Shown in pieces: positions 17,645 to 27,899 of a DNA stretch of 64,000 nucleotides. Each line of letters starts with the position of its first letter. The first letter of the stretch is position 1. The position numbers and the translations under genes are program-made. The notes beneath the pieces are model-generated. The model worked only from the letters and a program-made list of their open reading frames with translations, was not told the DNA's origin and made no database searches. Source of the DNA: Oscillospiraceae bacterium (GTDB lineage Bacteria > Bacillota > Clostridia > Oscillospirales > Ruminococcaceae); NCBI GenBank assembly GCA_021200565.1, contig JAJQGJ010000002.1, positions 101,351-165,350 of the forward strand, given 5' to 3'.

Positions 17645-17778
17645 ACCCTCTCTGTCAGCCCGTTGGGCTGACATCTCCCCCGGAGGGGGAGACAAGATTT
17701 CCTCTTGCACAAATTTTTTAAGAACGACAACTTGGCTCTCCCTCTGGGAGAGCTGTCGCCGAAGGCGACTGAGAGGGT
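17645..17778. repeat. Intergenic repeat family B, composite
   Basis: accctctctgtcagcccgttgggctgacatctcccccggagggggagac ... ggctctccctctgggagagctgtcgccgaaggcgactgagagggt. Confidence 0.9.
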
Positions 17779-17787
17779 CCGAAGGGG

Positions 17788-20091
17788 CTACACCCCCACA
17801 ACTACTAACTTTCCATCCTCAGCCGTCAAATTGATAGTACGGATTTTAATCTCCCCTGAATCCACAATCAGATTCGCTATCTTGTCTTCGACTTCACGGC
17901 GGATGATTCTTCTTATGTCACGTGCGCCGTATTGCTCAGATACTGCGATGTGGGCTATTGCTTCCTCTGCAGCTCTGTCGTAATTGAACATGATGAGCTT
18001 TTCGGAGAGGGGCGCAACCATTTCGCCAAGCATGAGGTGTGCGATGTCGGCATAATCCTTTTCCGAAAGCGGGTTGAAGACGACTATTTCGTCAACACGG
18101 CTGATAAATTCCGGTCTTAGGAACTCCCTGAGTCCCTTTATAGCTCTTTCCTTTGAGACCTGAGCCTGGGTTCTGTCGAAGCCGATACCGAAGCTCTTGT
18201 CGGTTGAGCCGGCATTACTGGTCATGATGATGACAGTGTGCTCGAACGAAACGCTTCTTCCCTGCGCATCGTTGACCTTACCCTCGTCTAAGATCTGCAG
18301 AAGTATATTCATAACATCCGGGTGCGCCTTTTCTATCTCATCAAAGAGGACTACCGAATATGGTCTTCTTCTGACCTTTTCTGTGAGCTGTCCTGCTTCG
18401 TCGTAGCCAACGTATCCCGGAGGCGAGCCGATGAGTCTTGAAACCGAGTGCTTCTCCATATATTCGGACATATCGATTCTGACAAGCGGCTCGGTGGCGT
18501 CAAATAGCTCCGATGCCAGAACTTTGGCAAGCTCTGTCTTTCCGACGCCGGTGGGACCGACGAATATGAACGATGCCGGTCTCTGGCGGGAGGTGAGCTG
18601 AACCCTTGAGCGCTTGATTGCGTTGCATACGAGGTCTACCGCCTCCGGCTGACCGACAATCTTCGCTGAAAGTGCGTCGTGAAGCCCACGGATCTTGTCA
18701 TACTCCGATTCTACTATCTTATTAGCCGGGATTCCTGTCCAGAGCTCAATTACTCTTGAGAGGTCTTCTTCGCCAACATAGACCTTGTCGGCGGCATCAC
18801 ATGCCTCTTTGTAGTCGTTTTCGAGCTGCGAAAGTCCGGCTTTCGCTTCGGCTATCTTCTCATAATCGGGGTTCTCAGCCTGCTCAAGCCCGCTCAGCTC
18901 TTCTTTCATGGCTGTGAGCTGGTCATTAAGGTCTGCAACCCTTGAGATTTCCGGGCTGCGGATGCTGGCGCCGGCGCAGGCTTCATCAAGGAGGTCTATA
19001 GCCTTATCCGGCAAAAACCTGTCGTTGATGTATCTTTCCGACAGAACGGCGCACATTCTGAGTGCCGAGTCGGTTATCTTCACATGGTGGAAGTCCTCAT
19101 AATACTTTCTGATGCCGAAGAGCACCTGGACGGTGTCTTCAACAGTCGGCTCGGTGACGGTTACCGGCTGGAAGCGGCGCTCGAGCGCACTGTCCTTCTC
19201 GATATACTTGCGGTATTCCTTGAAGGTGGTTGCACCGATGACCTGAACCTCTCCACGTGAGAGCGCAGGCTTCAGGATGTTTGCGGCGTTCATGGTACCT
19301 TCGTTATCGCCGGTTCCGACAAGCGTATGTACCTCGTCGATAAAGAGAATTACATTTCCTTCACGCTTGACCTCTTCGATAAGACCCTTCATTCTTGACT
19401 CGAACTGACCACGGAACTGAGTTCCGGCAACCAGGGCAGTCAGATCAAGAAGATAGATCTGCTTGTTTCTGATGTTATAGGGAACGTCTCCGGAAACAAT
19501 CTTCTGTGCAATTCCCTCGGCAATGGCGGTCTTTCCGACGCCGGGCTCGCCTATAAGACAGGGGTTATTCTTCTGTCTGCGGGAAAGAATCTGGATGACA
19601 CGGTCAATCTCACGCTCTCTGCCGATGATGCGATCCAGTTTTCCGGAGGCTGCACGCTCGTTGAGGTTTGTGCAGTAGGTTCCTAAATATCTCAGTTCTT
19701 TCTTCTTTTGCTCTTTTTCGGCTTTTTTGGACTTCTTAGCTTCAGCTGCACTCTGCTGCGAGTTGTTTGGAAGGGCGTTATGTGCCTCCGCCTGGTTCTG
19801 CATATTGGGATTTATCTTTCCCATCAGATTGGCTATAAAGCTCGGCAGCGCATTGCTGATGCCGCCCATCTCGAATGAATCGCCGTCGGGGTTCATATCC
19901 TCTTCGGAAATTTCGCTCATTGCTTCGAGATCTTCGTCAGAAATACCCATCTGCTTCATATAGTCGTCAATCTGAGTAAGCCCCATCTCCTTGGCACAGA
20001 CAAGGCAAATCCCTTCATTCTTTCTTTCATTGCCGTTCATAGTGGTGATAAACACCGAGGCTTGTCTTTTTTTACATCTTGTACAAATCAT
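17788..20091 (-). CDS. Class III AAA+ Clp ATPase with N-terminal zinc ribbon (ClpE/ClpC-like)
   Basis: 767 aa. The N-terminus has CTRCKK...CLVCAKE (C-x2-C ... C-x2-C). Two AAA+ modules have Walker A motifs GEPGVGKT and GPTGVGKT. Confidence 0.9.
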   Translation of the reverse strand: MICTRCKKRQASVFITTMNGNERKNEGICLVCAKEMGLTQIDDYMKQMGISDEDLEAMSEISEEDMNPDGDSFEMGGISNALPSFIANLMGKINPNMQNQAEAHNALPNNSQQSAAEAKKSKKAEKEQKKKELRYLGTYCTNLNERAASGKLDRIIGREREIDRVIQILSRRQKNNPCLIGEPGVGKTAIAEGIAQKIVSGDVPYNIRNKQIYLLDLTALVAGTQFRGQFESRMKGLIEEVKREGNVILFIDEVHTLVGTGDNEGTMNAANILKPALSRGEVQVIGATTFKEYRKYIEKDSALERRFQPVTVTEPTVEDTVQVLFGIRKYYEDFHHVKITDSALRMCAVLSERYINDRFLPDKAIDLLDEACAGASIRSPEISRVADLNDQLTAMKEELSGLEQAENPDYEKIAEAKAGLSQLENDYKEACDAADKVYVGEEDLSRVIELWTGIPANKIVESEYDKIRGLHDALSAKIVGQPEAVDLVCNAIKRSRVQLTSRQRPASFIFVGPTGVGKTELAKVLASELFDATEPLVRIDMSEYMEKHSVSRLIGSPPGYVGYDEAGQLTEKVRRRPYSVVLFDEIEKAHPDVMNILLQILDEGKVNDAQGRSVSFEHTVIIMTSNAGSTDKSFGIGFDRTQAQVSKERAIKGLREFLRPEFISRVDEIVVFNPLSEKDYADIAHLMLGEMVAPLSEKLIMFNYDRAAEEAIAHIAVSEQYGARDIRRIIRREVEDKIANLIVDSGEIKIRTINLTAEDGKLVVVGV

Positions 20092-20116
20092 CTATACTTT
20101 TATCTCCATATCAATT

Positions 20117-20995
20117 TCAGCCCATGAGATTCAACTCATAGAAATACTTAAAGATATACGTCAGCTCTATTGTATCGGTATTGAGGAAGATGAGCGAATC
20201 GCCGCTGACGTTGACGATCAGCCTGAGAAGAAGTGCCAGTCCATATACCGTGATAAGACCCTCAACCGCACCTAAGACTGCGCCCAGAAGCACATTCACA
20301 GAGCCGATTATCGGGATCTTGTTTGCAAATTTGAACAGGTTCGAAACCGGATCTATAACCAGTCTCAGAACGAAAAGAAGTACTAAGAACACAACTATCT
20401 TGAGAGCCATCTCAATTATCGGTCTGACTATCTCCGCTTCAGCAGTCGCTGCTGTTTCTTCAGCGGAGCCGGTCAGGAAGACATTCACAACCTCCGACAT
20501 GTCGCCGGTGGCGGCTCCAAGAGTTTCAAGTGCGTTTATGATGTAGTCGCTGAACAGGAAGCTCTTCACTTCACTTGTAACCGAGCTTTCAACTCCGGTG
20601 GCAATAGTGGTTTTCGAGTCCTGGGAGCCGTTTTCACGAAGCGTTTCGGCAAGCTCGTTGAAAATGTCGGACGCACCAGAAATAAGCTCGCTTATCTCGC
20701 CGTCGGAGACGGTTGTGCCATAGTCGCCGGACGTGAGAGCATTCGAAACCACCGTTACAGGGTTCTTTTCGCTTGCCGTCTCGGTGAGGGTGTCTATGAC
20801 CGTTTCGTGGATGAAGCTGTCATAGATGAGTGGCGACAGAGCCTCTGCACCGAACCAGCTTATAAAGAACGCCGCAACAATCAGTATTGCATAGACTGCG
20901 CTCCGAAGGAAGCCTCTTTTCGAGCCCTGATAGAGTGCAATCAGGATAATGCCAGCTACGCAAATATCGTAGAATATATAAAGATAATCAGTCAT
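20117..20995 (-). CDS. CvpA-family membrane protein
   Basis: The N-terminal helices and the GSKRGFLR box are typical of colicin V production (CvpA) proteins, with a long central soluble insert. Confidence 0.55.
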   Translation of the reverse strand: MTDYLYIFYDICVAGIILIALYQGSKRGFLRSAVYAILIVAAFFISWFGAEALSPLIYDSFIHETVIDTLTETASEKNPVTVVSNALTSGDYGTTVSDGEISELISGASDIFNELAETLRENGSQDSKTTIATGVESSVTSEVKSFLFSDYIINALETLGAATGDMSEVVNVFLTGSAEETAATAEAEIVRPIIEMALKIVVFLVLLFVLRLVIDPVSNLFKFANKIPIIGSVNVLLGAVLGAVEGLITVYGLALLLRLIVNVSGDSLIFLNTDTIELTYIFKYFYELNLMG

Positions 20996-21011
20996 CAGTT
21001 CTCCTTAAATC

Positions 21012-22193
21012 TCAATCGAGGGCGGTTTTTACGACGCTCCGATAATTCAGAAGTATTGCGTTGTCATTATAGATTACAAACGACGAGTATTCGGAGCCAA
21101 GAGCCGTTTCCGACTCGATTTCTCCTGAAGTGTTCAGCCTGTCAAGCTGTGACGCTGTGTTTAAGTACACCTCGTCATCCTCCACTAAGACATACTTGAC
21201 CTCTTCATTATAAGTAATTTCAGCCGTTTCGTCAAGTCCTGCTTCAAAAATAGATACTGTATACTCATCGCTGCCCGGCTTGTCAAACGCTATTGCAGCA
21301 ACGTCATCCTTGGCAGAAAAGCCGCTTATGTCATATGTATATTCGTATGAATAGCCTATGGTGCAGTCGTTGTTTAAAAGGTACAGTTCATCGCTTCCGA
21401 CAAGCCAGATGCTGCCATTGTCGGTGAATTCTATTCCGAGAGGCAGAGTTTCAATAGCTGAAGACTTCGCCTGAATCTCGGTTGAACTGAAATCGAGGAC
21501 ATAGATGAGAGTCTTGAGGATTCCGCCTGAAGCGTATAAGCTCGCAACTGCACAGCCGGAGCCGGAGTCGTTGAGTGCGACAGCCATTATATAGTTTCCG
21601 TCAGCCCAATGGAAAATCTCAGTTCCGTTCTTGTCATAGATTGTGAGATAGGATGAGTATTTGTCGGTTGAGGTTATTACAGCTATGTTGCCCTTTTCGC
21701 CCAGCTTGGCAAAGAGAATCTGGTTGTCAAGCTTCTTCTCGAAAATCTCGTTGCGGCGGCTTATCACCATCAGGCTATAGCCGCCCATGTCGTATACAAG
21801 TGCTCTTGTCGAGGATGTCTCGACAGTCGGAGTGCCATAGGGCGCATAGACCGACTGAATTGTACTGCCTGAAAGGTCATAGGTTGTTATAGATGTGTCT
21901 GAGAACATGACCCAGCAGTCCTTCATCACGCCTATCGAGACGTTTGAACGGCTTGAGACGTCGAACGGGAAGTTTGACTCCTCTTCCTCTTCAAGGGTTG
22001 TCGAGGTTGCCGACTCATAGCCCTCCTCGAGGATATTCTCGAAATACGGAAGCCAGCTGTCGTGTGTGAGATATATTAAAAGCGCAACGGCGAGCACCGC
22101 CAGAATCGCTAAAAGTCTTCTTATAAGCCGCTTGGTTCTGCGGCTTCTGCGGATCTTTCTTATGTCGGTTTCATAGGAATTTATCGATGCCAC
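21012..22193 (-). CDS. Membrane-anchored hypothetical protein (possibly a DUF5711-like beta-propeller)
   Basis: A basic N-terminus and a single TM helix (LLAILAVLAVALLIYL), followed by a beta-rich extracellular region. The family assignment is from memory only. Confidence 0.4.
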   Translation of the reverse strand: MASINSYETDIRKIRRSRRTKRLIRRLLAILAVLAVALLIYLTHDSWLPYFENILEEGYESATSTTLEEEEESNFPFDVSSRSNVSIGVMKDCWVMFSDTSITTYDLSGSTIQSVYAPYGTPTVETSSTRALVYDMGGYSLMVISRRNEIFEKKLDNQILFAKLGEKGNIAVITSTDKYSSYLTIYDKNGTEIFHWADGNYIMAVALNDSGSGCAVASLYASGGILKTLIYVLDFSSTEIQAKSSAIETLPLGIEFTDNGSIWLVGSDELYLLNNDCTIGYSYEYTYDISGFSAKDDVAAIAFDKPGSDEYTVSIFEAGLDETAEITYNEEVKYVLVEDDEVYLNTASQLDRLNTSGEIESETALGSEYSSFVIYNDNAILLNYRSVVKTALD

Positions 22194-22208
22194 AGCCGGC
22201 GCCTCCTC

Positions 22209-22952
22209 TCAGTAGAAAACTTTGTTTAAATAGAGCCCATGTGGGGGAACTGTTTTGCCGGCACGTGTTCTGTCGCATGCGGCAATAATTTTCGGTATCG
22301 AATCGTGGGGAAGCTTGTCATCGTTGATGAAAAGAAGCGTTCCGACCATAATTCTCACCATATTATATAGAAATCCGTCTCCGCTTACCTTGAATATGAC
22401 GAGATCACCCTCTCGCCCCACAGAAAAGTCATAGATGGTTCTGACGGTTTCTTTCTTATCAGTATCTGTCGAACAAAACGATTTGAAATCATGTGTGCCG
22501 ATGAAGTCCTTCGAGGCTATATTGAGCTTTTCTGCGTCGATAGGATACCAGCTTCGGAACCACAAATCCTCATGAAATGCAGAGCGGATTTCGGAATTAT
22601 GGATAATATATTTATACTCTTTTCCCTTGCAGGAGTATCTTGCGTGGAAATCGTCTGCCGCTTTCTCGCACTTGAGAATCGCTATATCCTTAGGCAGAAC
22701 GCCATTGAGCCCGAATATAATCCCTCTCTCGTCGATAGTGCTTTCAAGTGCCGCAGAAAAGACGTATTCATTTGCATGAACTCCAGCGTCGGTTCTTGAG
22801 CAGCCGTCGATGGAAACGGTTTCACCTAAGAGCTTATAGAAGCCCTGCTCGACTGTTCCCTGGATTGTGCGAAGCCTTAAGTTATCCGCCTGCTTCTGGA
22901 AGCCGTGATAGTTGGTCCCACGAAAGGATATTGTAACCTTATAGTTTGTCAT
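22209..22952 (-). CDS. truA: tRNA pseudouridine(38-40) synthase
   Basis: GTNYHGFQKQ and the catalytic-Asp context GCSRTDAGVHA. It lies downstream of ecfT, as in other Firmicutes. Confidence 0.93.
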   Translation of the reverse strand: MTNYKVTISFRGTNYHGFQKQADNLRLRTIQGTVEQGFYKLLGETVSIDGCSRTDAGVHANEYVFSAALESTIDERGIIFGLNGVLPKDIAILKCEKAADDFHARYSCKGKEYKYIIHNSEIRSAFHEDLWFRSWYPIDAEKLNIASKDFIGTHDFKSFCSTDTDKKETVRTIYDFSVGREGDLVIFKVSGDGFLYNMVRIMVGTLLFINDDKLPHDSIPKIIAACDRTRAGKTVPPHGLYLNKVFY

Positions 22953-23758
22953 ATCGGAATAAATATGTTTGCAAGTATTATCAGTACCAAAAACAATACT
23001 GTTACTGCAAGTGCGATATAGTCGAGGTGTGTGGTCTTAAGCTGCTTCATCCTGGTTCTTCCCTCGCCGCCACGGTAGCAGCGGCATTCCATTGCGAGCG
23101 CTAATTCCTCAGCTCTTCTGAAAGCCGAAACGAAAAGAGGAATCAGAACAGGAATAAGAGCTTTCGCACGGTTGATGATCGAGCCCGATTCAAAGTCTGC
23201 GCCTCTTGCCTTCTGGGCGGACATGATCTTGTCCGTCTCTTCGATAAGAGTCGGAATGAAGCGGAGAGCTATTGTCATCATCATCGCTATCTCGTGCGCC
23301 GGGAAATGGAAGACCCGAAGCGGCGACAGAACTCTTTCGATAGCGTCGGTGAGGGCAATCGGCGAGGTGGTATATGTGAGAAGTGAGGTTCCGCAGATGA
23401 GGAAGATGATTCTCACCGCCATGAATATCATTGTCGAAAGACCGTCATCGGTGATTTTTATGAAGCCAAGACTGAATATCACGTCACCCGTACTGATAAA
23501 GAACAGGTTGAGTATTCCCGTGAATATGATGACAGGAAGTATCGGCTTGATGCCCTTTGCCATCATCCTGAGCGGAATTCCCGAAATTGCAAATGCGAAT
23601 ATCAGGAAGACTATGCCTATCCCAAGCCCGGTGAACCCGCTCGCTGAGAAGAGCATCACTATATATAAAACCGTCAGTAAGAGCTTGATTCTCGGGTCGA
23701 GTCTGTGCAAGACCGACTTTCCGGGAAAATACTGCCCTATAGTTATATCCTTTATCAA
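22949..23758 (-). CDS. ecfT: Energy-coupling factor transporter transmembrane protein EcfT
   Basis: LDPRIKLL start region and the ARG..F coupling helices (SAQKARGADFESG). Confidence 0.9.
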   Translation of the reverse strand: MIKDITIGQYFPGKSVLHRLDPRIKLLLTVLYIVMLFSASGFTGLGIGIVFLIFAFAISGIPLRMMAKGIKPILPVIIFTGILNLFFISTGDVIFSLGFIKITDDGLSTMIFMAVRIIFLICGTSLLTYTTSPIALTDAIERVLSPLRVFHFPAHEIAMMMTIALRFIPTLIEETDKIMSAQKARGADFESGSIINRAKALIPVLIPLFVSAFRRAEELALAMECRCYRGGEGRTRMKQLKTTHLDYIALAVTVLFLVLIILANIFIPI

Positions 23759-23761
23759 GTC

Positions 23762-24625
23762 TTATTTCTCCTTTTTCTCCTCAAGAAGCCTCATGACCAG
23801 CTTTTTGGCATACCCGGTTGAATAGACCTCATCGTCGAATTCGATTCCCGATTCCTTGAGCCTGTCGAACACCCTCGTTATCTGTGGAACTGTCAAGCCC
23901 ATGCTGTCGAGCTCCCTGACACGTGCAAATACCTTTTCCGGCGTATCGAACATGAAAATCTTCGAGTCGTTGACAACGAGTATCTTTGAAACAGTGTTCG
24001 CAACATCCTCCATCGAGTGGGAGACGAGCATGACTGTCGACTTCTTCTCCTCGTGATACTCTTTTATCATGCCCAAGATTCTGTCCCGCCCATGCGGGTC
24101 AAGACCGGCTGTCGGCTCGTCTAAGATAAGAACCTTCGGCTCCATAGCCATAACTCCTGCAATGGCAACACGTCGCTTCTGTCCTCCCGACAGATCAAAC
24201 GGTGACTTCTGCAAAAGCTCTTCTTTTAAGCCTACAAGCCTCATGGTTTCTCTGACTCTTCTGTCGATTTCAGCTTCGTCAAGACCCATATTCTTCGGTC
24301 CATAGGAGATGTCTTTATAGACAGTGTCCTCAAAAAGCTGATATTCGGGATACTGGAAAACGAGTCCAACCTTGAATCTGATGTCACGAAGCCTTGATTT
24401 GTCTTGAAAAAGCTCCTCGCCGTCGACATAAACCTTGCCGGTGGTGGCTTTTAAGAGCCCGTTGAAATGCTGAATAAGGGTTGACTTGCCGGAGCCGGTG
24501 TGACCGATAATTCCGATAAGCTCTCCCTCATCAATCTCTAAATTTATGTCATCCAAAGCCACTTTTCTAAAAGGCGTTCCCTCGCCGTAAACGTAGCTTA
24601 AGTGTTCAGTTTTGATTATACTCAA
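23762..24625 (-). CDS. ecfA2: ECF transporter ATPase EcfA2
   Basis: Walker A GHTGSGKST, signature LSGGQKRRVAIAG and Walker B ILDEPTAGLD. It is the second ATPase of the operon. Confidence 0.9.
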   Translation of the reverse strand: MSIIKTEHLSYVYGEGTPFRKVALDDINLEIDEGELIGIIGHTGSGKSTLIQHFNGLLKATTGKVYVDGEELFQDKSRLRDIRFKVGLVFQYPEYQLFEDTVYKDISYGPKNMGLDEAEIDRRVRETMRLVGLKEELLQKSPFDLSGGQKRRVAIAGVMAMEPKVLILDEPTAGLDPHGRDRILGMIKEYHEEKKSTVMLVSHSMEDVANTVSKILVVNDSKIFMFDTPEKVFARVRELDSMGLTVPQITRVFDRLKESGIEFDDEVYSTGYAKKLVMRLLEEKKEK

Positions 24626-24639
24626 AATTCTGCCCTCTT

Positions 24640-25488
24640 CTATTTCAGAAGCTTATATAAAGCCTCATAGCATTCATCTTCATAAATAATATCTTCAGGA
24701 AGCTTCACGCCGCACTTTATCAGCTCGTGCGTGAGTTCCGTTACCTGCGGGACGTCGAGTCCGAGTGACTTCAGCTTCTCAACCTGCGAAAATACCTTTT
24801 TTGGGCAATCGTCCATAATGATGTTGCCATTGTCCATGACCACAACCCGCTTCGCTCTCGCCGCTTCGTCCATGTAGTGGGTTATTAAGACTATTGTGAC
24901 GCCTGACCGGTTAAGTTCAGTTATCGTCGACATAATCTCCCGCCTGCCTATTGGGTCAAGCATGGCTGTCGGTTCATCGAGGACTATACAGTCGGGCTTC
25001 ATGGCGAGTACTCCCGCTATTGCAACTCTCTGCTTCTGCCCGCCCGAAAGCTTCGACGGCGAATGCTCACGGTGGTCATACATTCCTACAGTCTTCAAAG
25101 CCTCGTCAACTCTTCTGCGGATCTCAGTTGGCTCAACGCCTATGTTTTCAAGAGCGAATGCCACATCCTCTTCAACAATAGTTGCGACAATCTGGTTGTC
25201 CGGGTTCTGGAAGACCATGCCGACAGTGCTTCGGATGTCGAAAAGCTTGCTTTCGTCAGCAGTGTCCATACCTGCGACCATCACTTTCCCCGAATCAGGA
25301 AGGTTTATGGCATTTAAGAGCTTTGCAAGAGTCGACTTTCCCGAGCCGTTATGCCCGAGAACTGCGACAAACTCGCCCTTCTCAACCGAGAGCGAAATCC
25401 CATGCAAAACCTCATTCTTCTCGACATTCCCGTTGTCATCCTCGGTTGTATATGTGAATGTAACGTTGTCAATATCTATAAAACTCAT
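24640..25488 (-). CDS. ecfA1: ECF transporter ATPase EcfA1
   Basis: MSFIDIDNVTF... begins at the ATG at 25488. Motifs are GHNGSGKST, LSGGQKQRVAIAG and VLDEPTAMLD. The 23 extra codons in the track ORF translate the family B repeat. Confidence 0.9.
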   Translation of the reverse strand: MSFIDIDNVTFTYTTEDDNGNVEKNEVLHGISLSVEKGEFVAVLGHNGSGKSTLAKLLNAINLPDSGKVMVAGMDTADESKLFDIRSTVGMVFQNPDNQIVATIVEEDVAFALENIGVEPTEIRRRVDEALKTVGMYDHREHSPSKLSGGQKQRVAIAGVLAMKPDCIVLDEPTAMLDPIGRREIMSTITELNRSGVTIVLITHYMDEAARAKRVVVMDNGNIIMDDCPKKVFSQVEKLKSLGLDVPQVTELTHELIKCGVKLPEDIIYEDECYEALYKLLK

Positions 25489-25505
25489 TTTTACCTCTTT
25501 CGAAA

Positions 25506-25625
25506 CCCTCTCAGTCAGCCACTTCGTGGCTGCCAGCTCTCCCAAAGGGAGAGCCAAGTTACTGTCCCAGGCAAATTCTCGGCTCCCCCTCTGGGGGAGC
25601 TGTCGGCGAAGCCGGCTGAGAGGGT
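25506..25625. repeat. Intergenic repeat family B, composite
   Basis: ccctctcagtcagccacttcgtggctgccagctctcccaaagggagagcc ... ggctccccctctgggggagctgtcggcgaagccggctgagagggt. Confidence 0.9.
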
Positions 25626-25626
25626 A

Positions 25627-26511
25627 CTACCCCGCATACCAGATAGCTGTGCTCCCTGCCGGAAGTGTTAGTCCTGTCGACTCCACCGGAAGCCCTATCT
25701 CGTCACTATCGACTCTGCCGCCGAATTTCGGAATCAGGACGCTCGAGAGGATGTAGCCCATGACCGACGCCGAAAGCCCGGTTGTGTAGCTGTTCAGAAC
25801 GAAGAAGAGCGGCTTCTGGCTCAAGACTCCTGCCGTGAGCTTAACCAAATCATAGACGCTGTCTTCAAGCTTCCAAATCTCGCCCTGCGGTCCTCTTCCG
25901 TAGCTTGGGGGATCCATGATGACGCCCTCATAGCGGCTTTCACGCTTTATTTCACGCCTGACGAACTTCTCGCAGTCGTCGACTATCCATCTTATCGGCT
26001 TCTCCGAAAGCCCCGACAATGCGGCGTTCTCCCTTGCCCACTGAACCATGCCCTTTGATGCGTCGACATGGCAGACCTCTGCTCCTGCACCTGAACAAGC
26101 AAGCGTTGCGCCGCCTGTGTAGGCGAAGAGATTCAGGACTCTTACCTTGCCGGTTTTCTTTCTTTCCGAGATAAGCTGCCCGGTTTTCTCCCAGTTTACA
26201 GCCTGCTCAGGGAAAAGTCCTGTGTGCTTGAAGCCTGTCGGGTGAACCTTGAATTTTAAGTTTCCGAAATACTCGGAGCTATATCCGACAGTCCAGCTCT
26301 CGGGAAGCTTTTTTAAATACTCCCACTGTCCGCCGCCTTTACTTGAGCGGTGGTAAACTGCATTGGCACTCTGCCAGAGTGAACTCTTTTCTGTTTTCCA
26401 GATGACCTGCGGGTCTGGTCTTATAAGCCGGATTCCGCTCCAGCTTTCAAGCCTTTCGCCGTCAGATGCATCAAGTAATCTATAGTCTTTCCAGCCGTCA
26501 GCTGTTCTCAT
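25627..26511 (-). CDS. Class I SAM-dependent RNA methyltransferase (RlmI/RlmK-like)
   Basis: 294 aa with the SAM-binding segment VLNLFAYTGGATLACS and the DPPSYGRGP motif. Confidence 0.75.
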   Translation of the reverse strand: MRTADGWKDYRLLDASDGERLESWSGIRLIRPDPQVIWKTEKSSLWQSANAVYHRSSKGGGQWEYLKKLPESWTVGYSSEYFGNLKFKVHPTGFKHTGLFPEQAVNWEKTGQLISERKKTGKVRVLNLFAYTGGATLACSGAGAEVCHVDASKGMVQWARENAALSGLSEKPIRWIVDDCEKFVRREIKRESRYEGVIMDPPSYGRGPQGEIWKLEDSVYDLVKLTAGVLSQKPLFFVLNSYTTGLSASVMGYILSSVLIPKFGGRVDSDEIGLPVESTGLTLPAGSTAIWYAG

Positions 26512-27896
26512 TCTTGATCCAACTCTCCTATATGCTCCATGACCGTCTGTGCGGCAGCCTGTGCATACTGATAAATAATATCTTCATCCCTGCCCTCAGC
26601 CGTCACTCTTATAAGCGGCTCGGCAGTCGATTCTCTTATGTAAATTCTTCCGTCGCCTGCAAGCTTTTCGGAGCAGTAGTCGAGCATCTCCGTTATCTCG
26701 GGGACAGAATCCCACATGTTCTTGCATTCGTGCCTTATCTTAACGTCAACGTCGATAGTCGGATATGGAGTGAATATCCCGGCGATTTCCGAAAGCTTCC
26801 TGCCAGACTTCGCCATCACTTCGAGCATCTTGGCCGAAGCAAGCTCTCCATCTGCAGTGTCGGGAAGGTTTCCGAAGAGGAACTTTCCGCTTCCGTCAGC
26901 ACCTAAGCTGTAGCCGTCGGTCATGAGACGCTCGTGAATACTTCTCTCCGAAACGCCTGATGCAGTCGACGTGACAATTCCGTTGTCCTTTGCCCACTTG
27001 AAGAAACCAAGGTTTGTGGCTCTCGTGACGACGCAGGTGTTCGCCGAAAGCGTCTTCTCCTGCTTCATGAAGTATGCAAGCGCCGCAAGCATCTTATCCG
27101 GGTCAACAGGCTCGCCTTTTTCGTCAACCATGAGGCAGCGTGAACCGTCGCCGTCAAGTGCGATTCCGCAGTGGGCTCTTGAATCTGTGACCGCCCGGCT
27201 TAAAACTGTCAAGTCCTCAGTTCCGCAGTCTGCGTTTATGTTGACGCCGTTCGGCTGTGTATTCAAAAACTTCGCATTGATTCCAAGACCACGGAAGAAC
27301 TTGACAGCCGTCTCATAAGCGGCGCCGTTTGCGCAGTCGACAACTATTCTGAGGCGTCCTAAATCCGCCTGAATATCTCTTAAAAGGTATCTGACATAGT
27401 CCCATTCGGCATTCTTTTCGGTTAAGATGTCTCCAAGACTTCCTGAGTCGGCGTTCGGGACCTCCTCGGGAGAGTCAAGAACCAGCCGCTCTATTTCTGC
27501 TTCTATGGCATCGTTGAGCTTGTCGCCGGAGGCTGAGAAGATCCGGATGCCGTTGAATTCATAGCTGTTGTGGGAAGCGGAAACCATAATTCCGGCATCA
27601 GCGCCATACTTGACAGTGAGGTATGCAACCGCAGGCGTCGGAACGACTCCCAGAAGGTCGGCATCTCCTCCGGCTGCTAAGATTCCTGCAATAAGCGACG
27701 ATTTAAGAATCTTGCAGGAGGAGCGGGTGTCCTTGCCGATAAGAATCTTTGCACGGCGATGGTTTTTCTTCGAGAGCTCATAAGCGCAGGCTCTGCCTAT
27801 TGCCATAGCTAATTCACAGCTTATGTCAGTAAGAGCCTCACCCTTGACAGCACTGTCAGCACCGAATAATCTTCCCATAAAATCAGCCCCAGTCAT
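26508..27896 (-). CDS. Phosphohexomutase family protein, divergent phosphoglucosamine-mutase-like
   Basis: The SASHN phosphoserine loop, DGDGSR metal loop and TAEPLIRV phosphate loop are present. The N-terminal FGTDGVRG and GEQSGH boxes are degenerate (FGADSAVKG, GADGSGK). Confidence 0.7.
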   Translation of the reverse strand: MTGADFMGRLFGADSAVKGEALTDISCELAMAIGRACAYELSKKNHRRAKILIGKDTRSSCKILKSSLIAGILAAGGDADLLGVVPTPAVAYLTVKYGADAGIMVSASHNSYEFNGIRIFSASGDKLNDAIEAEIERLVLDSPEEVPNADSGSLGDILTEKNAEWDYVRYLLRDIQADLGRLRIVVDCANGAAYETAVKFFRGLGINAKFLNTQPNGVNINADCGTEDLTVLSRAVTDSRAHCGIALDGDGSRCLMVDEKGEPVDPDKMLAALAYFMKQEKTLSANTCVVTRATNLGFFKWAKDNGIVTSTASGVSERSIHERLMTDGYSLGADGSGKFLFGNLPDTADGELASAKMLEVMAKSGRKLSEIAGIFTPYPTIDVDVKIRHECKNMWDSVPEITEMLDYCSEKLAGDGRIYIRESTAEPLIRVTAEGRDEDIIYQYAQAAAQTVMEHIGELDQE

Positions 27897-27899
27897 TTT

